Positions 26,001-39,285 of a stretch of DNA of 64,000 nucleotides are shown piece after piece. Source of the DNA: Mobula birostris (taxonomy: Eukaryota); the NCBI RefSeq assembly GCF_030028105.1, contig NC_092380.1, forward strand, positions 83,945,717 through 84,009,716, written 5' to 3'. Position 1 is the first letter of the stretch, and each line of letters starts with the position of its first letter. The position numbers and the translations under genes were made by a program. The notes beneath the pieces were generated by a model that saw nothing but the letters and a program-made list of their open reading frames with translations, had not been told where the DNA came from and did no database searches.

Positions 26001-26950
26001 CTGGCCTTTTGTGCATTTAATTATGAGTGAAAATAGAAACAAAATCATCAAATAGTGCATAATCCAGGTGTAAGATAACCCATACCACATGATGATATTC
26101 TTCTGCTAGTCTTACCTGTGATCTGAACCTTGATTCTAAATTGGTGCCAATCCCTGTGCTTCCAATAAAAAGATCCTGTTACTTTTGTAATACTTCTAAT
26201 ACTTTACAAAATAAATCTTTTGCTTTCCATGGCCATCAAAGGTTGACTTAAATATGAGGTCCATTCTGAATCTTATTCCATTTGGAAGATTGACTTCTTC
26301 AAGTTCATTTTCAGATCAGAACTGTGAGAATGATTGTGTTAAAGACTGAGCTGTAGTTAATAAACAATTAGTATTGTCCAGGTGATCCAAGGCCACATGA
26401 TGGGCCAATGAGACCTATTGTAGCGATAGGGAAACTTCTGTGGGTCCAGGTCCTTGCTGAGACAGTTGATTCTAGCCATGTATGTACAAGATTACTCAAC
26501 TATGGCTGAAATATTATATAAACAACACTCTTTTCTACCTAGCTATAAACTCCAAGTCAATAGATAATGCTTCTCAACTATATGCAAAATATACTATATA
26601 ATACAACTACTATATATATGGACATCCCCAACATTGTAAATTTTAAATTGTCCCATTCAGGCCTAAATATTTAATCACTGTGGAGGATTTCTTACTCTTG
26701 TAGGATAACATCTTTCCCAATAAGGATGAACACTCTGCCTGGCAGGTGAGACTTACAGCTTTGAAACAATCTCAGGTTCTGGGACCTTCTCCATGGTGGC
26801 TGTAGGAGTTGGTTCTGATAGCGGTAGTCAGCTTTCTTCTCTAACAATTGACTCAACTAATCGATGTGTCGTCTTCAGATAATTATCAGATGCAGTCTCC
26901 ACTGTATAGGAGAGTGGTTCAGTTCTGTCTTTTATATTTCCAAGTACCCA
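23050..26950 (-). mobile_element. Highly decayed Ty3/Gypsy internal region (gag-pol relic)
   Basis: ORF 24222-24557 LLVHF..LKLACEATSYEQGAIISH matches the RT-RNase H motif LxxDASxxGxGAVxSH. Integrase-like remnants lie to the left and gag-like remnants to the right; boundaries are approximate. Confidence 0.65.
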
Positions 26951-28528
26951 CTTTTGAGTAATTCTGCAGTCGCTCACGAGAACTGCTTGTCCAGGAGTGT
27001 GGATCATTCAATTTGTCTCAGCTGTTTATCCTGCATATACATAGATTGGTTTTGAGGAGATCCAAGTGTGAGCTCAAGGGGCAACTCTTGACAGAATGGA
27101 GGTAGCCATTTTTTTTCGAGAGAGAGACAGAGCAGTAGTTTCAAGGAAGAAGGAGAAGGAAGAAAACTGGAAACAGACAGAAAATATAATAGGAGAACAT
27201 GTTGAAATGCTCCCAGACCAACTTGGAAGGACAGATACTGTTTTTGGAATATCCTCATGCAGAATTTAGTCTCACAGAGAATGTGCCAATAAATTTTAGT
27301 TATCCAGCTAGCACATGATATTGGAGAAAGTTTGACGCCTTTACCCTTAGATATTGAGTGGAATTTTTTTTGTGCTGGGACTGGTTTTTCAGTGCAGAAC
27401 TCTTTTGGTACTGTGAGTAAACAAAGAGTCATAACTGGATGTATTATGCGACAATGAGCTCCAATGATTACGTACAGATTATAGACTGTCTCGCTGTGCT
27501 TCACAGATCACTTAAATATTAAATACACTACACTGATGTTTGACTTACAGTCCTGTAATAACCTGACATATTTGTGCTGTCTTTCCTGAATAAAGGACCA
27601 CATTTACTATCCTCCTGTCATCTAGCACCTTGTAGCAATAGAACATAGAACATAGAATAGTACAGCACATTACAGGCCCTTTGGCCCACAAAGTTGAGCC
27701 GACCCTCAAACCCTGCCTCCCATATAACCCCCCACCTTAAATTCCTCCATATACCTGTCTAGTAGTCTCTTAAACTTCACGAGTGTATCTGCCTCCATCA
27801 CTGACTTAGGGAGTGCATTCCACGCACCAACCACTCTCTGAGTAAAAAACCTTCCTCTAATATCCCTCTTGAACTTCCCACCCCTTACCTTAAAGCCATG
27901 TCCTCTTGTATTGAGCAGTGGTGCCCTGGGGAAGAGGCGCTGGCTGTCCACTCTATCTATTCCTCTTATTATTTTGTACACCTCTATCATGTCTCCTCTC
28001 ATCCTCCTTCTCGCCAAAGAGTAAAGCCCTAGCTCCCTTAATCTCTGATAATAATGCATAGTCTCTAAACCAGGCAGCATCCTGGTAAATCTACCCTTTC
28101 CAATGCTTCCACATCCTTCTGTCACAATGGCGGAGGCATAGGGAGCAAGGGTGGAGCCAAATGCAAGACACATCTTGTAAGGTTACTTAGACTTAGTTTA
28201 TTGTTCGATACCAAGAGAACAAGGCAGGAGCAGGAAATAGCGAAATGGACAAGGAAAAGGACGACGACTAGGCTGGGACCAGGGGTCTGGGCTAGGACTC
28301 GGAATCGGCTCCCAGAACTAGAGGAGACATGAAGAGGCTAGGGCATGGATTCCGGGCCAGAGACTGGGCAAGGACCCAGTACCTGGGTCTTGCCTCGGAC
28401 TCGGACCCCAGAACCAGGCAAGGACATGGCATGGGCTAGGGAGAGGAGGGAAATGGGAGCACAGAGCCTCGGTCTCGGGGAGCAGGTACATGGAACCATG
28501 GACACATACACAGAACCCAGAGTCGAGA

Positions 28529-28680
28529 CCCCTCCTTGAGTACAGGACATAGGGCCGGGACTCACACACAGAACAGAGAGCCGGGATCCCTCCTTGAGTA
28601 CAGGACATATGGCCGGGACTCGCACACAGAACGGAGAGCCGGGATCCCTCCTTGGGTACAGGACATAGGGCCGGGATTCA
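28529..28680. repeat. 58-bp tandem repeat, about 2.6 copies
   Basis: CCTCCTTG(A/G)GTACAGGACATA.GGCCGGGA recurs at 28531, 28589 and 28647. Confidence 0.9.
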
Positions 28681-28780
28681 TGACCCTCCGCGGGGCAACA
28701 GCAAGACAGCCAGAATTACCCCACAGAGGCGAGAGGGGCAGAGAAGGGATTCAGACAAGGGGGTAGGACAGGAATCACAG

Positions 28781-29016
28781 ACCGCCAGGGCCAGGTCTTG
28801 ACTCAGAACTGGGAAACCGCCGGGGTCAGGACTTGACTTGGTGCTTGAATGCCGCCTGGGCCTGGACTTGACATGGTGCTTGAATGCTGCCAGGGAAAGG
28901 ACTTTACTTGGTGCTTGAATGCCGCCAGGGCCAGGACTTGACTTGGTGCTAGAATGCCGCCAGGGCCAGGACTTGACTTGGTGCTAGAATGCCATCAGGG
29001 CCAGGACTTGACTTGG
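28781..29016. repeat. 35-bp tandem repeat, about 6-7 copies
   Basis: Unit GCCGCCAGGGCCAGGACTTGACTTGGTGCT(A/T)GAAT. Confidence 0.9.
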
Positions 29017-31344
29017 AGCCTCTGGGTAGTGGCGAGCTCTCGACTCGGCCCGGGAACAGTAGACAGCGGTTCTTGATTCCCTCCGGCGGGTTAACTGACG
29101 GACCCACCTCGGTGAGGAAACTTTGTAGGCTCGCTTTGGCAAGGTAACTGGACAGGGTTGCTCCGGTGAGGAGAGGCGAATTACCAGCACTCGCTTTGGC
29201 AGAGACTAGGCTTGCTCCGGCCAGGTGACATCGGCACACCGTACCGTAGATGACTTTGCAGATGCTCCCGCGCCCAACAGCTGAAAGCTGGAGACTATAA
29301 ACTACCGGTTCAGCCGAGCGTTAATTGCCTCTAATCACCAAAGTCGGGGGACACGGGAAAACAGGGAATCAACGGTCCGGATCGTAACATAAACAAGGTA
29401 AATTTAAGTGGACCCCTTTCCGGACCATGACACCTTCCTATAGTGAGGCGACCAGAACTGGACACAGTACTCCAAGTGTGGCCTAACCAGAGTTTTATAG
29501 AGCTGCATCATTACATCGCGACTCTTAAACTCTATCCTTTGACTTCTGAAAGCTAGCACCCCATAAGCTTTCTTAACTACTCTATCCACCTGTGAGGCAA
29601 CTTTCAGGGATCTGTGGACATGTACCCCAAGATCCCTCTGCTCCTCCACACTACCAAGTATCCTGCCATTTACTTTGTATTCTGCCTTGGAGTTTGTCCT
29701 TCCAAAGTGTACCACCTCACACTTTTCCGGGTTGAACTCCATCTGCCACTTCTCAGACCACATCTGCATCCTATCAATGTCTCTCTGCAATCTTCGGCAA
29801 TCCTCTACACTATCTACAACACCAACCTTTGTGTCGTCTGCAAACTTGCCAACCCACCCTTCTACCCCCACATCCAGGTCGTTAATAAAAATCTCGAAAA
29901 GTAGAGGTTCCAGAACAGATCCTTGTGGGACATCACTAGTAACAATCCTCCAATCTGAATGTACTCCCTCCACCACGACCCTCTGCCTTCTGCAGGTAAG
30001 CCAATTCTGAATCCACCTGGCCAAATTTCCCTGGATCCCATGCCTTCTAACTTTCTGAATAAGCCTACTGTGTGGAACCTTGGTCAAATGCCTTACTAAA
30101 ATCCATATAGATCACATCCACTGCACTACCCTCATCTATATGCCTGGTCACCTCCTCAAAGAACTCTATAAGGCTTGATCTGCCCTTCACAAAGCCATGT
30201 TGACTGTCCCTAATCAGACCTTGATTCTTTAAGTGCCCATAGATCCTATCTCTAAGAATATTTTCCAACAGCTTTCCCACCACAGACGTAAGGTTCACTG
30301 GTCTATAATTACCCGGACTATCCCTACTACCTTTTTTGAACAAGGGGACAACATTCGCCTCCCTCCAATAATCGGATAGCATTCCCGTGGACAACGAGGA
30401 CGTAAAGATCCTAGCCAGAGGCTCAGCAATCTCTTCCCTCGCCTCATGGAGCAGCCTGGGGAATATTCTGTCAGGCCCCGGGGACTTATCCATCCTAATG
30501 TATTTTAACAACTCCAACACCTCCTCTCCCTTAATATCAACATGCTCCAGAACATCAACCTCACTCATATTGTCCTCACCATCATCAAGCTCCCTCTCAT
30601 TGGTGAATACCGAAGAGAAGTATTCATTGAGGACCTCGCTCACTTCCACAGCCTCCAGGCACATCTTCCCACCTTTATCTCTAATCGGTCCTACCTTCAC
30701 TCCTATTATCCTTTTGTTCTTCACATAATTGAAGAATGTCTTGGGGTTTTCCTTTAACTTACTCACCAAGGCCTTCTCATGCCCCCTTCTTGCTCTTCTC
30801 ATCCCCTTCTTAAGCTCCTTTCTTGCTTCCCTATATTCCTCAATAGACCCATTTGATCCTTGCTTCCTAAACCTCATGTATGCTCCCTTCTTCCACCTGA
30901 CTAGATTTTCCAGCTCACTTGTCACCCATGGTTCCTTCACCCTACCATTCTTTATCTTCCTCACCGGGACAAATTTATCCCTAACATCCTGAAAGGGATC
31001 TCTAAACATCGACCACATGTCCATAGTACATTTCCCTGTAAAAACATCATCCCGATTCACACCGTCAAGTTCTAGCCTTATAGCCTCATAATTTGCCCTT
31101 CCCCAATTAAAAATTTTCCTGTCCCCTCTGATTCTATCCTTTTCTATGATAATGCTAAAGGCCAGGGAGCAGTGGTCACTGTCCCCCAGATGCTCACCCA
31201 CTGAGAGATCTGTGACCTGACACGATTCATTACCTTGTACTAGATCTAGTATGGCATTCCCCCTAGTCAGCCTGTCCACATACTGTGACAGGAATCCGTC
31301 CTGGACACACTTAACAAACTCTGCCGCATCTAAACCCTTGGAAC

Positions 31345-34300
31345 ATAGAAACATAGAAACATAGAAAATAGGTGCAGGAGTAGGCCATTCGGCCCTTCTA
31401 GCCTGCACCGCCATTTATTATGATCATGGCTGATCATCCAATTCAGAACCCTGCACCAGCCTTCCCTCCATACCCCCTGATCCCCGTAGCCACAAGGACC
31501 ATATCTAACTCCCTCTTAGATATAGCCAATGAACTGGCCTCAACTGTTTCCTGTGGCTGAGAATTCCACAGATTCACCACTCTCTGTGTGAAGAAGTTTT
31601 TCCTAATCTCAGCCCTAAAAGGCTTCCCCCTTATCCTCAAACTGTGACCCCTCGTTCTGGACTTCCCCAACATCGGGAACAATCTTCCTGCATCTAGCCT
31701 GTCCAATCCCTTTAGGATTTTATACGTTTCAATCAGATTCCCCCCCAATCTTCTAAATTCCAACGAGTACAAGCCCAGTTCATCCAATCTTTCTTCATAT
31801 GAAAGCCCTGCCATCCCAGGAATCAATCTGGTGAACCTTCTTTGTACTCCCTCTATGGCAAGGATGTCTTTCCTCAGATTAGGGGACCAAAACTGCACAC
31901 AATACTCCAGGTGTGGTCTCACCAAGGCCTTGTACAACTACAGTAGTACCTCCCTGCTCCTGTACTCGAATCCTCTCACTATAAATGCCAGCATACCATT
32001 CGCCTTTTTCACCGCCTGCTGTACCTGCATGCCCACTTTCAATGACGGTGTATAATGACACCCAGGTCTCATTGCACCTCCCCTTTTCCTAATCGGCCAC
32101 CATTCAGATAATAATCTGTTTTCCTATTTTTGCCACCAAAGTGGATAACTTCACATTTATCCACATTAAATTGCACCTGCCATGAATTTTCCCACTCACC
32201 CAACCTATCCAAGTCACCCTGCATCCTCTTAGCATCCTCCTCACAGCTAACACTGCCGCCCAGCTTCGTGTCATCTGCAAACATGGAGACGCTGCATTTA
32301 ATTCCCTCATCCAAGTCATTAATCTATATTGTAAACAACTGGGGTCCCAGCACTGAGCCTTGCAGTACCCCACTAGTCACTGCCTGCCATTCTGAAAAGG
32401 TCCTGTTTATTTCCACTCTTTGCTTCCTGTCTGCTAACCAATTCTCTATCCACATCAATACCTTACCCCCAATACCGTGTGCTTTAAGTTTGCACACTAA
32501 TCTCCTGTGTGGGATTTGTCAAAAGCCTTTTGAAAATCCAAATATACCACATCCACTGGTTCTCCCCTATCCACTCTACTAGTTACATCCTCAAAAAATT
32601 CTATGAGATTCGTCAGACATGATTTTCCTTTCACAAATCCATGCTGACTTTGTCCGATGATTTCACTGCTTTCCAAATGTGCTGTTATCACATCTTTGAT
32701 AACTGACTCCAGCAGTTTCCCCACCACCGACGTTAGGCTAACCGGTCTATAATTCCCTGGTTTCTCTCTCCCTCCTTTTTTAAAAAGTGGGGTTACATTA
32801 GCCACCCTCCAATCCTCAGGAACTAGTCCAGAATCTAAAGGGTTTTGAAAAATTATCACTAATGCATCCACTATTTCTTGGGCTACTTCCTTAAGCACTC
32901 TGGGATGCAGACCATCTGGCCCTGGGGATTTATCTGCCTTTAATCCCTTCAATTTACCTAACACCACTTCCCTACTAACATGTATTTCGCTCAGTTCCTC
33001 CATCTCACTGGACCCTCTGTCCCCTACTATTTCTGGAAGATTATTTATGTCCTCCTTAGTGAAGACAGAACCAAAGTAATTGTCTGCCATGTCCTTGCTC
33101 CCCATAATCAATTCACCTGTTTCTGTCTGTAGGGGACCTACATTTGTCTTTACCAGTCTTTTCCTTTTTACATATCTATAAAAGCTTTTACAGTCAGTTT
33201 TTATGTCCCCTGCCAGTTTTCTCTCATAATCTTTTTTCCCCTTCCTAATTGAGCCCTTTGTCCTCCTCTGCTGAACTCTGAATTTCTCCCAGTCCTCAGG
33301 TGAGCCACTTTTTCTGGCTAATTTGAATGCTTTTTCTTTGGAATTCATACTATCCCTAATTTCCCTTGTCAGCCACAGGTGCACTACCTTCCTTGATTTA
33401 TTCTTTTGCCAAACTGGGATGAACAAATGTTGTAGTTCATCCATGCAATCTTTAAATGCTTGCCATTGCATATCCACCGTCAATCCTTTAAGTGTCATTT
33501 GCCAGTCTATCTTAGCTGATTCACGTCTCATACCTTCAAAGTTACCCCTCTTTAAGTTCAGAAACTTTGTTTCTGAATTAACTATGTCACTCTCCATCTT
33601 AATGAAGAATTCCACCATATTATGGTCACTCTTACCCAAGGGGCCTCTCACGACAAGATTGCTAATTAACCCTTCCTCGTTGCTCAAAACCCTGTTTAGA
33701 ATAGCCTGCTCTCTAGTTGGTTCCTCGACATGTTGGTTCAAAAAACCATCCAGCATACATTCCAAGAAATCCTCTTCCTCAGCACCTTTACCAATTTGGT
33801 TCACCCAATCTACATGGAGATTGAAGTCACCCATTATAACTGCTGTTCCTTTATTGCACACATTTCTAATTTCCTATTTAATACCATCTCCTACCTCACT
33901 ACTACTGTTAGGTGGCCTGTACACAACTCCCACCAGCGTTTTCTGCCCCTCAGTGTTATGCAGCTCTACCCATATCGATTCCACGTTTTCCCGGCTTATG
34001 TCCTTCCTTTCTATTGCGTTAATCTCATCTTTAACCAGCAACGCCACCCCACCTCCTTTTCTTTCATGTCTATCCCTCCTGAATATTGAATATCCCTGAA
34101 CGTTGAGCTCCCATCCTTGGTCACCCTGGAGCCATGTCTCTGTGATCCCAACTATGTCATAATCATTAATAACAATCTGCACTTTCAATTCATCCACCTT
34201 GTTACGAATGCTCCTTGCATTGACACACAAAGCCTTCAGGCGCTCTTTTACAACTCTCTTAGCCCTTATACAATTATGTTGAAAAGTGGCCCTTTTTGAT

Positions 34301-34671
34301 GCTTGCCCTGGATTTGTCGGCCTGCCACTTTTACTTTTCTCCTTACTACTTTTTGCTTCTACCCTCACTTTACACCCCTCTGTCTCTCTGCACTGGTTCC
34401 CATCCCCCTGTTGTGAACTAACCTCCTCTCGCCTAGCCTCTTTAATTTGATTCCCACCCCCCAACCATTCTAGTTTAAAGTCACCTCAGTAGCCCTCGCT
34501 AATCTCCCTGCCAGGATATTGGTCCCCCTAGGATTCAAGTGTAACCCGTCCTTTTTGTACAGGTCACGCCTGCGCCAAAAGATGTCCCAGTGATCCAAAA
34601 ACTTGAATCCCTGCCTCCTGCTCCAATCCCTCAGCCATGCCTTTATCCTCCACCTCATCGCATTCCTACTC
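31345..34671 (-). mobile_element. Young CR1 LINE (ORF1 C-terminus plus near-complete ORF2 with a few frameshifts) nested in another CR1
   Basis: DGLHLNPRGTNILAGR; CVNARSIRNK; 454-aa RT fragment; FADDTK; (TTTCTATG)n tail. Splits the host between IDWHL and SKGLD. Confidence 0.95.
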
Positions 34672-37544
34672 TCAGGTGCCAATCAATATTAGGGAAGTTA
34701 AAGTCACCCATGATAACAACCCTGTTATTTTTGCACCTTTCCAAAATCTGCCTCCCAATCTGCTCCTCTGTATCTCTGCTGCTACCAGGGGGCCTATAGA
34801 ATACCCCCAATAGAGTAACTGCTCCCTTTCTGTTCCTGACTTCCACCCATACTGACTCAAAAGTGGATCCTGCTGCATTACCCACCCTTTCTGTAGCTGT
34901 AATAGTATCCCTGACCAGTAATGCCACCTCTCCTCACCTTCTCCCTGCCATCCCTTTTAAAGCACTGAAATCCAGGAATATTGAGAATCCATTCCTGCCC
35001 TGGTGCCAGCCAAGTCTCTGTAATGGCCACTACATCATAATTCAATGTATGTATCCAAGCTCTCAGTTCATCACCTTTGTTCCTGATGCTTCTTGCATTG
35101 AGGTACACACACTTCAGCCCTTCTGCCTTACTACCTTTACACCGTTTATTCTGCTTCTCTTTCCTCAAAGCCTCTCTATGTGTTAGATCTGGCTTTACTC
35201 CATGCACTTCTTTCACTGCTCTATCGCTCTAGGTCCTATCCCCCTTGCAAATTAGTTTAAACCCTCCCGAACCATGCTAGCAAACCTACCTGCAAGGAAA
35301 TTGCTCCCCCTCGAGTTCAGGTGCAACCCATCCAATCTGTACAGGTTCCACCTTCTCCAGAAGAGATCCCAATGATCTAAAAATCTAAAATCCTGCTCCT
35401 TGTACCAACTCCTCAGCCACTCATTCAACTGCCATCTCCTCCAATTCTTACCATCACTGTCACGTAGCACTGGCAGCAACCCTGAGAACGCCACCCTTGA
35501 GGTCCTGTTCTTCAGCCTTCCTGACACTCACACTTCAGGACCTCATCCCTATTCCTGCCTATGTCATTGGTACCAACATGTATCGCGACTTCTGGTTGCT
35601 TTCCCTCTCATACCAGGTGCTATTAAATACAAGTGTTATTTAAAATAATTTTCATCGCAAGTCACTGCTGGATGTTGAGTACACCAAGTACTGCAAGCCT
35701 ATCTCACCAGTGAGTTGCTGGAGAGCAGAGGAGCTGCACAGTATGGACTTATTGCATACTGCGTCATCGCCTGCTGCAGCTACCTACAGAAGAAGGCATT
35801 GGAAGTGATGTGTGAGGAAACAGGAGCATGGTAGGCACGCTGGTATTAAAGCAAGGCTAAATGTGAAACCCTACAGGCCAGTTCTCCTGACTTGTAGTCC
35901 TTGGTGTTCTTAATATCCAGCACTGTCTTGCAATCTAAGCAAGACATAAACGATGAACGATTACACCATTAGATAGACTCAGGGAGGCTGTTGCGACTGG
36001 GCATGCTGACTTCTTGAAAGAAAGAGAGTGAATTAGAATCATGTTTATTATTACTGACATACAGCATGTGATGAAATTTGTTGTTTTCTGACAACCGTAT
36101 GGTGCAATACATAAAAAAAAACTGAGTTGTAAAATAATAGTGCAAAAAAAGAACACAATTTTGAAGTAGAGTTTATGGGATCATGCACTTCAAAATCTAT
36201 ACACAGCATATGTATCATTTATGAAAGCTTGGAAGTGGTATGGATCTGATTTACATTTAGAAAAAAAACATTCTGAAGGATTGAGTTATTGAATTTATAT
36301 GCAGTTACACAGAACTTTTTTCAGATGCAAGAGTGTGATTGCAGGCATAAATTTGAAACATTACCTCCAATAATTTCTTTACATTTCTCTTTAAGATAAA
36401 AACCAGCCGTAGATAATTCCTGTTCACAGCAATCTTGTTTTCCATTGTTCTCACCCATATATTTAGGGTAGCATGGTAAATCTGCAACTTGAAAAATATC
36501 CTTTGATACCTGTCTTCAATTGCATAATCATCATAGTGTCTATATAGTTCTAACATTGCGAACTTTACCGAAGCATGTTTTAAAAAGCTGAAGGGAAAAA
36601 TTTTCTTTTTATTCGCCCATAATGGTAACATGGCTTGACAACATTTATGAATATTTATGAGATCACAATGCTCCAGTCTCCAAAAGAGACAGAATCCAAA
36701 TTCTGATACACACAGAATTTGATTAGGTTTGCTACGAAAATTGACCGTAATGTTCCATGGAATTATAGGAGCTCTACATCCATGATGACATGGAGCACTG
36801 TTTCTCTGCACTGCAGATCATTACTGTCCACTTGTCAAGATAAATGGCTGCTGCTGAAGATATTCTCAATATGAAGTAGTGTGGAGGAATAGAAAAGCAA
36901 AATACCACAGACACTAAGAATATAAATAAGAATATAAAAAGGATGGAAGCCCTCAGCTAGTTAGGTAGAAACTATGAAAAGACACCAAGATAATATTTCA
37001 GATCAAGAACTTTTTATCAGCTGGAAAGACATTTTATGGGTTTCGCTCTGGAGGCTATGAAATTACAATGATGCACTCATCCTGACTTCAAAGTGGCTGT
37101 AGGACTAAAGAAACTTCCAGAAAAAGAAATTATTCAGATTTTTTTTTGTGTTTACAGTATGTCAACTTTTCTTTAAATCTCTCTATCTATGACTAGCCCT
37201 AAGATGCTGCTCTCCAACTGCAACACCTCTCCCTCAGAGTTGGTATTCATTTCATTCAGCCACTACCTTCTTAAGAAATTGTATCTGCTTGAATATTATA
37301 TTTGGCAGAGCAATGCAGGTACCATTATCTTTCTGATTAAAGATACTTCTCTCAGAATCTCTTCACTCTCATTGTGGCAATTTAAAATAATAAATGATAA
37401 ATAATAAACTCCCAGGTCCCTTTTAAAATTTTCTCCTCTCAACTTGAATCTTTGCCTCCTTGATTTAGATTCCCCTGCCCTTTGAGAAAGACTGTTACCG
37501 TTCACCTTATCTGTACCCCTCATAACTGTAAACATTTCTACATG

Positions 37545-38628
37545 ATTGCCCGTCATCTCCTCCATTTCCATGTGGGTTCACCTACATCTCCTCCATTTTC
37601 CGCACTTCGGCCCTCACCCCATCCTCCCGTCACCACAACAGGGACAGAGTTTCCCTTGTTCTCACCTACCAGCCCACCAGCCTCCGGGTCCAGCACATTA
37701 TCCTCCACAACTTCTGTCACCTTCAACAGGACCTCACAACTAAGCACATCTTTCCCTCTCTACCCCTCTCTGCTTTCTGCAGGGATCATTCCCTCTGCGA
37801 CTCCCTGGTCCACACGTTCCTCCCCACGGATCTCCCACCCACTTACCCCTGCAAGCGTAAGTGCTACACCTATCCCTACACCTCCTCTCTCACCACCATT
37901 CAGGGCCCCAAACAGTCCGTCCAGGTGAGGCAACACTTCACTTGTGAGTCTGTTGGGGTCATCTATTGAATCCAGTGCTCCCGGTGCGGCCTCCTTTGCA
38001 TCAGTGAAACCCGACACAGATTGGGGGACCATTTCGTCGAGCACATCTGCTCTGTCCGCCGCAACAGACAGGATCTCCCAATTGCCACCCACTTCAACTC
38101 TGCTTCACATTCCCATTCGGATATGTCCATACATGGCCTCCTCTACTGCCATGATGAGGCCAAACTCAGGTTAGAGGAGCAACAGCTCATATACCGTCTG
38201 GGTAGTCTCCAGCCCTTTGGTATGAACATTGAATTCTCCAACTTCCAGTAATTCCCTCCCCCTCCCTTCCCCCATCCCAGTTTCACTCCGCCCCCTCCTC
38301 CAGCTGCCTATCACCTCCCTCATGGTTCCACCTCCTTCTACTACCCATTGTGCTTTCCCCTATTCCTTCTTCACCTTTCCTGCCTATCCCCTTCCTGCTT
38401 CCCCTCCCCCACCACTTTTTCTTTCCCCTTACTGGTTTTTCACCCGGCACCTACCAGCCTTCTCCCTCCCATCTTCCCCTCACCTTCTTTATAGGGCCTT
38501 TGCCTCCTCCCTCTTCAGTCCTGACGTTGACTGTCCATTTCCACGGATGCTGCCCGACCTGCTCAGTTCCTCCAGCGTGTTGTGCGTGTGGCTTTGACCC
38601 CAGCATCTGCAGAGTCTTTTGTGTTTAC
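37545..38628 (+). mobile_element. Penelope-like retroelement 3' part (GIY-YIG endonuclease remnant plus terminal repeat)
   Basis: FTCESVGVIY*IQCSRCGLL..SET..RLGDHFVEH..PIATHFNS..EEQQLIYRLGSLQPFGMN, followed by a pyrimidine-rich 3' region and the shared terminal repeat. Confidence 0.88.
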
Positions 38629-38629
38629 A

Positions 38630-39285
38630 AACAGACTGTGTGGTCCAACCACGTTGATGCTAAGACCAGGAAAACTCAGCGCTTCCTCAGGAAACTAAAA
38701 AAATTTAGCATGATCCCTTTGATTCACCAATACTTATCATTGCACCACATAGAAATCATCCCATCTAGATGCATCAAGGCTTGGTACAGTAACTGCTCTG
38801 CTTATGACCACAAGAAAATCAGAGTGTGAACGCAGCTCGTCACGTCACGGAAATTAGCCATTTGTCCATGGACCTTGTCTATATTTCTCACTGTTTCAGT
38901 AAAGCAGCCAACATATTCAACAATTCCACCTACCCAAGACATATTCTTTTCTCCCTTTTTCCATCAGGCAAAAGATACAAAAGCCTCAGAGTGCATACCA
39001 CCAAGCTTGAGGATAGCTTCTATCCTTCTGCTATAAGACGGGATTCCTAGTCTGATAAGATAAATCTTTACCTTCAAAATCTACCTTGTTGTGAACTTGC
39101 ATCTTATTGACTACCTGCTACTCACTTTCACTGTACTGTCACACTTTCACTCTGGACCCTGTTATTGTTTCACCTTTTGCAACCTTGGTGCACTGTTGTG
39201 ATGAAATTATCTGTATGGATGGTGTGTAAGAAAGGTTTTTCACTGTAATTCAGTACATGTGCAATAATAATCAAATTTATCAATT
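38630..39285 (+). mobile_element. Rex1/Babar-like LINE 3' fragment
   Basis: FLRKLKKF..CIKAWYSNCS and LFPSGKRYKSLRVHTTKLEDSFYPSAIR. Confidence 0.8.

Larger units (their letters stand above)
28120..29432 (-). mobile_element. Solo LTR (Gypsy-like) with internal minisatellites
   Basis: Termini TGTCA...TGACA; perfect 5-bp TSD CCTTC (28115-28119, 29433-29437). Removing it restores CR1 QFWSPHYRKDVEAL. Minus-strand AATAAA near 28200. Confidence 0.88.
27638..35612 (-). mobile_element. CR1 LINE (ORF1 SGNH-esterase part plus ORF2), host of two nested insertions
   Basis: ORF1 SGLLPV..DGLHLN; APE YLNARSIRNK, ITETWL, GDFNFPNIDW; RT PQGS and FADDTK; tail (TTCTATG)n at 27638-27660. Confidence 0.93.

Noticed and set aside
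27004-27504. 166-aa minus-strand ORF
   Set aside because: No recognisable motif; composition fits a chance ORF next to the Gypsy relic.
28529-29016. 35-bp and 58-bp repeats as a CRISPR array
   Set aside because: Units are head-to-tail with no unique spacers, there are no cas genes, and they lie inside a eukaryotic solo LTR.
33323-34099. 258-aa plus-strand ORF and similar ORFs at 29675, 30387, 32130 and 55891
   Set aside because: They are antisense shadows of CR1 ORF2.
36305-36811. 168-aa ORF as a single-exon gene
   Set aside because: No domain recognised; only the 78-bp internal segment has splice signals.
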